DNA from: Thermococcus sp. JdFR-02
GTDB taxonomy: Archaea > Methanobacteriota_B > Thermococci > Thermococcales > Thermococcaceae
DNA: 10,842 nt
Direction: 5' to 3'
NCBI GenBank assembly: GCA_002009975.1
Contig: MTLP01000041.1
Coordinates: 1 to 10,842 of the forward strand
A program made the translations under genes and the position numbers. The notes beneath the pieces are model-generated. The model searched no databases and was not told where the DNA came from. It was given only the letters and a program-made list of their open reading frames with translations. Shown piece after piece: positions 7,201 through 10,842 of this stretch; positions within the stretch are counted from its first letter, which is position 1, and every line of letters starts with the position of its first letter.

Positions 7201-7215
7201 GTCCAGTGGCTTTAG
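5896..7215 (+). CDS. tnpB: RNA-guided endonuclease TnpB (IS200/IS605 OrfB) with rearranged RuvC-II
   Basis: 439 aa. N-terminal MKRTITVKL, RuvC-I GIDLGVNN (D203), VNEAFTSKTCPFCG zinc ribbon (E341), RuvC-III NADLVGAFNI (D377). Confidence 0.93.
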   Translation: MKRTITVKLQASKETERILFQLADTGAKAWNEINYLRRQQFFNHKPVNFNITEKTVYEKYKKEIGSATVQQICRKNTEAWKSFFTLIKKKKNKELPKWLKPRPPNYQKENGKRKPLIVLRNDQYRIEGNRLILKGLGKFGKLEVQFKGRIHLKGKQGRLEIIYDEVKRKWYAHVSFTVEGKLVKNEWIKVPRKPLSNLTAGIDLGVNNLMAVYIENGEGFLVNGRPLKSIAFYWQRRIAEYQSRLSKSGCKTSRKLKGMHLKAKLQAKHYINTAVRQTVERFYYSGVSKIVVGYPKEIARNSNKGKRQNFIVSHVWRFNTIIQRLKEVAEEYGIQVSLVNEAFTSKTCPFCGKPHNGARFVRGLFKCLAEGLVMNADLVGAFNILKKAVETITPSLPGLTAGRGNGGKTVPEELRSLTRGFDEAPQTFPSTARRSVQWL

Positions 7216-7220
7216 TGTGA
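7060..7220 (+). ncRNA. Putative omega-RNA (reRNA / sotRNA): scaffold in the tnpB 3' end plus a guide running beyond the right end
   Basis: Stems cctgccg 7080-7086 / cggcagg 7094-7100, acccc 7072-7076 / ggggt 7103-7107, tgaggagct 7128-7136 / agctcctca 7164-7172, then the TCA end at 7200. This position is the established location of TnpB guide RNAs. The 5' end cannot be determined. Confidence 0.65.
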
Positions 7221-7605
7221 TTTCTTTAACTTCAGGAATGCTTTCCAATTCATCTCTTAACTCATCCAAAGTGATTTTAATACCGCTCGTATCCACTACG
7301 GCAACTATTGCACCTAATCCAATTCCCTCAAGCTCATCACTTTCACTAAACAAAATGTTCACACCGTTCCTCCCCAAAGTTCCACTAATCTTTGCAAGAA
7401 CCCCTGGTTTATCTTCTACAACAAGTTCAATCTCAACCAATTTCTTTCCAGGCAATGCTATTCTTTCCAAATGTATCTCTTTAAGATCAGTATCAATTTC
7501 AACTAAGAAGTAGGCACCTCCAACTAAGCCAATCTCATAAGCATGCTCAATTGGAAGCTCAATCCTTCCAGTTTCTTTAACTTTTATTATTTCGTAATAC
7601 CTCAT
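7198..7605 (-). CDS. ACT-domain protein with an AbrB-like N-terminal domain (putative amino-acid-sensing regulator)
   Basis: KVKETGRIELP...IGL resembles the AbrB swapped hairpin; VEDKPGVLAKISGTLGRNGVNI is an ACT signature; RBS ggtgg at 7610-7614 on the minus strand. Confidence 0.82.
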   Translation of the reverse strand: MRYYEIIKVKETGRIELPIEHAYEIGLVGGAYFLVEIDTDLKEIHLERIALPGKKLVEIELVVEDKPGVLAKISGTLGRNGVNILFSESDELEGIGLGAIVAVVDTSGIKITLDELRDELESIPEVKEITLKPLD

Positions 7606-7633
7606 TGAACCACCATAACTAACTTCGGCTAAT

Positions 7634-7649
7634 CAAATAAAATGATTTC
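7634..7649 (-). promoter_or_regulatory. Possible BRE/TATA for the ACT gene
   Basis: Minus strand reads GAAAtca-TTTTATTTg about 30 nt upstream of the ATG; non-consensus. Confidence 0.3.
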
Positions 7650-7681
7650 TAACCCAGATGTATTCAAAAGTTCACTTTATA

Positions 7682-7696
7682 TGAAAAGTTTAAATA
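7682..7696 (+). promoter_or_regulatory. BRE/TATA promoter for the CBS-hom operon
   Basis: tGAAAAg-TTTAAATA, near-consensus archaeal promoter; RBS ggtga at 7722-7726. Confidence 0.7.
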
Positions 7697-7731
7697 ATAA
7701 AAAGTCCTTTTAGATTAGAGCGGTGATTAAA

Positions 7732-8586
7732 GTGAAAGTTAAAAGTATAATGACACCAAACCCAGTGGTTATAGAGCTTCCAGCGACAAGGAGCTATGCC
7801 CTAGATTTGTTTAAAAAACATCGAGTCAGGTCCTTTCCAGTAGTCAAGAGGTCAACAAAACAGTTAGTTGGAATAGTTAGTGTTAAACACTTACTCCTAA
7901 ACCCGGATGAAGACCAATTAGCCATGCTAATTAAAAGAGATGTTCCTACCGTAAAACCTACAGATGATATTAAAAAGGCTGCAAAAGCTATGCTTATGAA
8001 AAACTATAGAAGAGTTGTTGTAGTTAACAACGAAAATAAGGTTGTAGGAATTCTAACTGTTGGAGATATAATAAGGAGGTATCTCGCTAAAAATGAAAAG
8101 ATGAAGAGAATTGAAATAGAACCATTCTATCAAAGATATATTAGCGTTGTTTGGCGTGGGACTCCATTAAAAGCCGCTTTAAAAGCTCTATTGTTAGCCG
8201 ATTCAATGGCTTTACCAGTCATAGATGAGGAGGGCAATTTAATTGGGATTATAGATGAAACAGACATACTTAGAGATAGCGAGGTTATCATCACAATGAA
8301 AAGCTCTTCACTCTATCCTTCAAGCGAAGAGGAGTGGATTTTAGAGAGCAATCCAACTTTGCTACTCACAAAAAGAGAGTTAAAGTTACCAAACAAGCCA
8401 ATTGAGGAAATAATGACGAAGGATGTTATAAAAGCCACTGAGCACATGAGCGTTTATGATGTTGCAAATAAAATGGCACAATATAAGATAGAGCAGCTCC
8501 CAGTAATCAAGGGTCAGGGAGATTTGGTTGGGCTGATTAGGGATATGGATTTGCTAAAAGTGTTGCTAAACTACAAACATAAGTGA
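7732..8586 (+). CDS. CBS-domain protein (four CBS repeats, two Bateman modules)
   Basis: VKSIMTPNPV, RSFPVV...LVGIVS, VVGILTVGDII, LPVIDEEGNLIGII, LPVI...LVGLIRDMDLL. Start GTG 7732 preferred over 7723 because the GGTGA RBS overlaps 7723. Confidence 0.88.
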   Translation: MKVKSIMTPNPVVIELPATRSYALDLFKKHRVRSFPVVKRSTKQLVGIVSVKHLLLNPDEDQLAMLIKRDVPTVKPTDDIKKAAKAMLMKNYRRVVVVNNENKVVGILTVGDIIRRYLAKNEKMKRIEIEPFYQRYISVVWRGTPLKAALKALLLADSMALPVIDEEGNLIGIIDETDILRDSEVIITMKSSSLYPSSEEEWILESNPTLLLTKRELKLPNKPIEEIMTKDVIKATEHMSVYDVANKMAQYKIEQLPVIKGQGDLVGLIRDMDLLKVLLNYKHK

Positions 8587-9593
8587 GCACTATGCTCGTT
8601 TCTATTTCCCTCTTAGGTTTTGGAAATGTTGGTAGGGGAGTTGCCAGAGTTCTGTTGGAGAAAAAGAATTTTTTCAAGCGTAAATATGGAATAGAATTTA
8701 AAGTTGTTAGCATTTCCGATTCTACAGCTACTATTTGGGATGAAGGAGGAATTGACTTAAAAGAAGCGTTAATGGTAAAGGAGAACTTCGGTGCTCTAAA
8801 ATATTGGGGGAGCGATTATGAGATTTATCATCTCTCACCAATAGAAGTTGCAGAAGAAGTTGAAAGCGATGTTTTTATTGATGTAACAACTGCAAATCCC
8901 GAAGCTTATAAATGGCATATGGAAGCATTTAGACAAGGTAGGCACGTTGTAACATCTAACAAGCCTCCATTAGTGTTTTATTACACCCAATTAGCTCAAG
9001 AAGCAGCTATGAGAGGGGTAAACTATCGCTTTGAAGCAACTGTGATGGCTGGAACGCCTATAATTACCCTCTTGCAAGAGAGCTTAAAAGGAGATGAAGT
9101 TATTTCAATTGAAGGGATTTTTAACGGAACAACAACCTTTATCCTGAGTGAAATGGAAAAGGGCTTAACTTTTGAAGAAGCTTTGAAAAAAGCCCAATCT
9201 TTAGGAATCGCAGAAGCTAATCCAGATGTCGATATTAAGGGCTTTGATGCCGCTTACAAAGCTACCATCCTCCATGATGTTGCTTTTGAGCCAATAAGCT
9301 TCAAGAAGGTAAAGATTAGAGGAATTGACGAAATAAAGCCTGAAAACATCGCAAATGCTCAAAAAAATGACAATGTTATTAGATTAATTGCAAAAATTGA
9401 GAGAAAAAACGTCATCGTTGAACCTAAGAAAGTATCAAAAAATTCCATCTTAGCAGTATATGGGACTTCAAACGTTGCAGTAATTCGAAGTGATTTAGCT
9501 GGAGAAATAATTCTTAAAGGATCCGGCGCTGGAGTAAAAGAAACTGCTTCAGCAGTTGTTAGCGATATAATAAAAGCAGTGAAAAAGGAATAA
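8583..9593 (+). CDS. hom: Homoserine dehydrogenase (short form, no ACT domain)
   Basis: GFGNVG dinucleotide-binding motif, VVTSNK, FEATVMAGTP, NGTT, AEANPxxDIxGxDAAYK, GSGAGVKETASAVVSD. Start is GTG 8583 or ATG 8592. Confidence 0.93.
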   Translation: MSTMLVSISLLGFGNVGRGVARVLLEKKNFFKRKYGIEFKVVSISDSTATIWDEGGIDLKEALMVKENFGALKYWGSDYEIYHLSPIEVAEEVESDVFIDVTTANPEAYKWHMEAFRQGRHVVTSNKPPLVFYYTQLAQEAAMRGVNYRFEATVMAGTPIITLLQESLKGDEVISIEGIFNGTTTFILSEMEKGLTFEEALKKAQSLGIAEANPDVDIKGFDAAYKATILHDVAFEPISFKKVKIRGIDEIKPENIANAQKNDNVIRLIAKIERKNVIVEPKKVSKNSILAVYGTSNVAVIRSDLAGEIILKGSGAGVKETASAVVSDIIKAVKKE

Positions 9594-9598
9594 AAAAA
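9592..9598 (-). terminator. Oligo-T terminator for the decarboxylase operon
   Basis: A7 on plus equals T7 on minus, 2 nt downstream of the mmdB stop and overlapping the hom stop. Confidence 0.5.
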
Positions 9599-9600
9599 GC

Positions 9601-10728
9601 TCATCCTAAAGCAGAAAGTAGAACTCCTGCAGCTACAGCGGTTCCTATAACACCAGCAACGTTTGGACCCATTGCATGCATTAAAATGAAGTTTCCTGGG
9701 TCTTCTTCGCTTGCCAATTTTTGAACTACTCTAGCACTCATTGGGACTGCACTAACTCCAGCAGCTCCAATCATTGGATTTATCTTTCCACCACTCAGCT
9801 TCATCATTAGCTTACCCAATAAAACACCGCCAGCAGTTGCAGTTGCAAATGCAACAACTCCCAAGCTTAAGATTAAAAGGGTTTTAACATTTAAGAAAGC
9901 CTCAGCCCTCATAGTTGAACCAACACTCAAACCTAAGATTATTGTAACTATGTTCATCAACTCTTCCCTTGCCGTCTTTGCCAATCTCTCAACCACACCG
10001 CTTTCCTTAAACAAGTTGCCGATCATTAACATACCAACCAAAGGGGCCGCTGAAGGCACTAGAAGACCTATAATAACCATTGAAGCTATTGGGAAGAGAA
10101 TCTTTTCACGCTTTGAAACTGGTCTAAGTTGCTCCATTCTAATCCTTCTCTCCTCTGGTGTTGTTAAAGCTTTAATAACCGGAGGCTGAATTATTGGAAC
10201 AAGAGACATATAAGAGTAAGCAGCAACTGCTGTTGCACCTAAAATGTGCGGTGCTAACTTCGTCGTTAAATAAATAGTTGTTGGACCATCTGCACCACCA
10301 ATAATTCCAATAGAAGCGGCTTCCTTAAGAGTAAATCCTAAGCTCACAGCTGTAAGCATTGCAATAAAAACACCTATTTGTGCTGCTGCACCAAGTAAAG
10401 CAGTTTTTGGATCCGCAATCATTGGACCAAAGTCTGTCATCGCTCCAAGTCCAAAGAAGATTAGCAAAGGAACTATCTCAGTTTCAAGCATATAATGCTT
10501 AAAGAGGTATAGAATTCCATGCGGTGGATCGGCGACACCGGTTAAAGGTAGATTAACTAAAACTGTGCTTATACCGATGGGTAAAAGAAGTAATGGTTCC
10601 ATCTCTTTGACAACTGCTAAATATACGAGGATCAATCCAACAATTATCATCACTATATTCCCAACTGTTAAGTTAAGCAATCCCATATTGGCAAAGAAGT
10701 CAATTATTGCCTGCATTAACCCGCTCAT
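9601..10728 (-). CDS. mmdB: Na+-translocating decarboxylase beta subunit (methylmalonyl-CoA decarboxylase beta; OadB family)
   Basis: EPLLLLPIG, GAMTDFGP, IGIIGGADGPT, AAYSYMSLVP, IGAAGVSAVPMSARV, HAMGPNVAGVIG; RBS ggtga. Confidence 0.95.
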   Translation of the reverse strand: MSGLMQAIIDFFANMGLLNLTVGNIVMIIVGLILVYLAVVKEMEPLLLLPIGISTVLVNLPLTGVADPPHGILYLFKHYMLETEIVPLLIFFGLGAMTDFGPMIADPKTALLGAAAQIGVFIAMLTAVSLGFTLKEAASIGIIGGADGPTTIYLTTKLAPHILGATAVAAYSYMSLVPIIQPPVIKALTTPEERRIRMEQLRPVSKREKILFPIASMVIIGLLVPSAAPLVGMLMIGNLFKESGVVERLAKTAREELMNIVTIILGLSVGSTMRAEAFLNVKTLLILSLGVVAFATATAGGVLLGKLMMKLSGGKINPMIGAAGVSAVPMSARVVQKLASEEDPGNFILMHAMGPNVAGVIGTAVAAGVLLSALG

Positions 10729-10734
10729 GTTTCA

Positions 10735-10842
10735 TCACCCGATTTCTATTAGTGGTTGTCCTGTGTCTACGGTGTCTCCTTCTTTTATTAGGATTCTTTT
10801 TACTACTCCATCTTTTGGTGATGGGATTTCATTCTCCATCTT
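10735..10842 (-). CDS. mmdC: 3' end (partial) of a biotin carboxyl carrier subunit (methylmalonyl-CoA decarboxylase gamma)
   Basis: Minus strand reads KMENEIPSPKDGVVKRILIKEGDTVDTGQPLIEIG*, the biotinyl domain from the (M)KM biotinylated lysine onward, directly upstream of the beta subunit. Not in the ORF track. Confidence 0.9.
   Translation of the reverse strand, partial: KMENEIPSPKDGVVKRILIKEGDTVDTGQPLIEIG

Noticed and set aside
5896-7215. TnpB as a nuclease-dead TldR-like repressor or a Cas12f
   Set aside because: The alternative RuvC-II glutamate E341 is present with D203 and D377, and there is no CRISPR array or cas gene nearby.
7157-7513. 118-aa plus-strand ORF
   Set aside because: Ser-rich antisense shadow of the ACT gene that starts inside the omega-RNA region.
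9121-9145. NGTTT instead of NGTTN in homoserine dehydrogenase as a sign of inactivation
   Set aside because: All other catalytic and cofactor motifs are intact; more likely a lineage variant.
9359-10189. ORFs 9359-9604 (-) and 9950-10189 (+)
   Set aside because: Antisense shadows of hom and mmdB.
1-10842. CRISPR array, tRNA or rRNA
   Set aside because: No regularly spaced repeats, and the only GC-rich structured island is the tnpB 3' end. Intergenic gaps are short and AT-rich.

Overview
AT-rich archaeal DNA that looks like Thermococcales (GGTGA-type RBSs, BRE/TATA promoters, oligo-T terminators, protein style). In order: the 3' end of a SudA/Nfn-type (GltD-like) oxidoreductase gene; an ASCH-domain gene on the minus strand; an atypical CPA2 cation/H+ antiporter gene; an 8-gene Mrp/Mnh antiporter operon in mbhA-H order with no hydrogenase genes; a tnpB-only IS200/IS605-type element wedged between two convergent stop codons; an AbrB-ACT regulator-like gene; a CBS-domain gene plus homoserine dehydrogenase; and the 3' part of a Na+-pumping methylmalonyl-CoA decarboxylase operon. 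The most interesting part is the TnpB locus. It has a rearranged (Fanzor-like) RuvC-II, a structured omega-RNA-like 3' region, apparently eroded element ends, a right end that supplies the neighbouring gene's stop codon, and a predicted guide antisense to that gene. No CRISPR array, tRNA or rRNA was seen. All calls come from motif recognition; no database searches were run.
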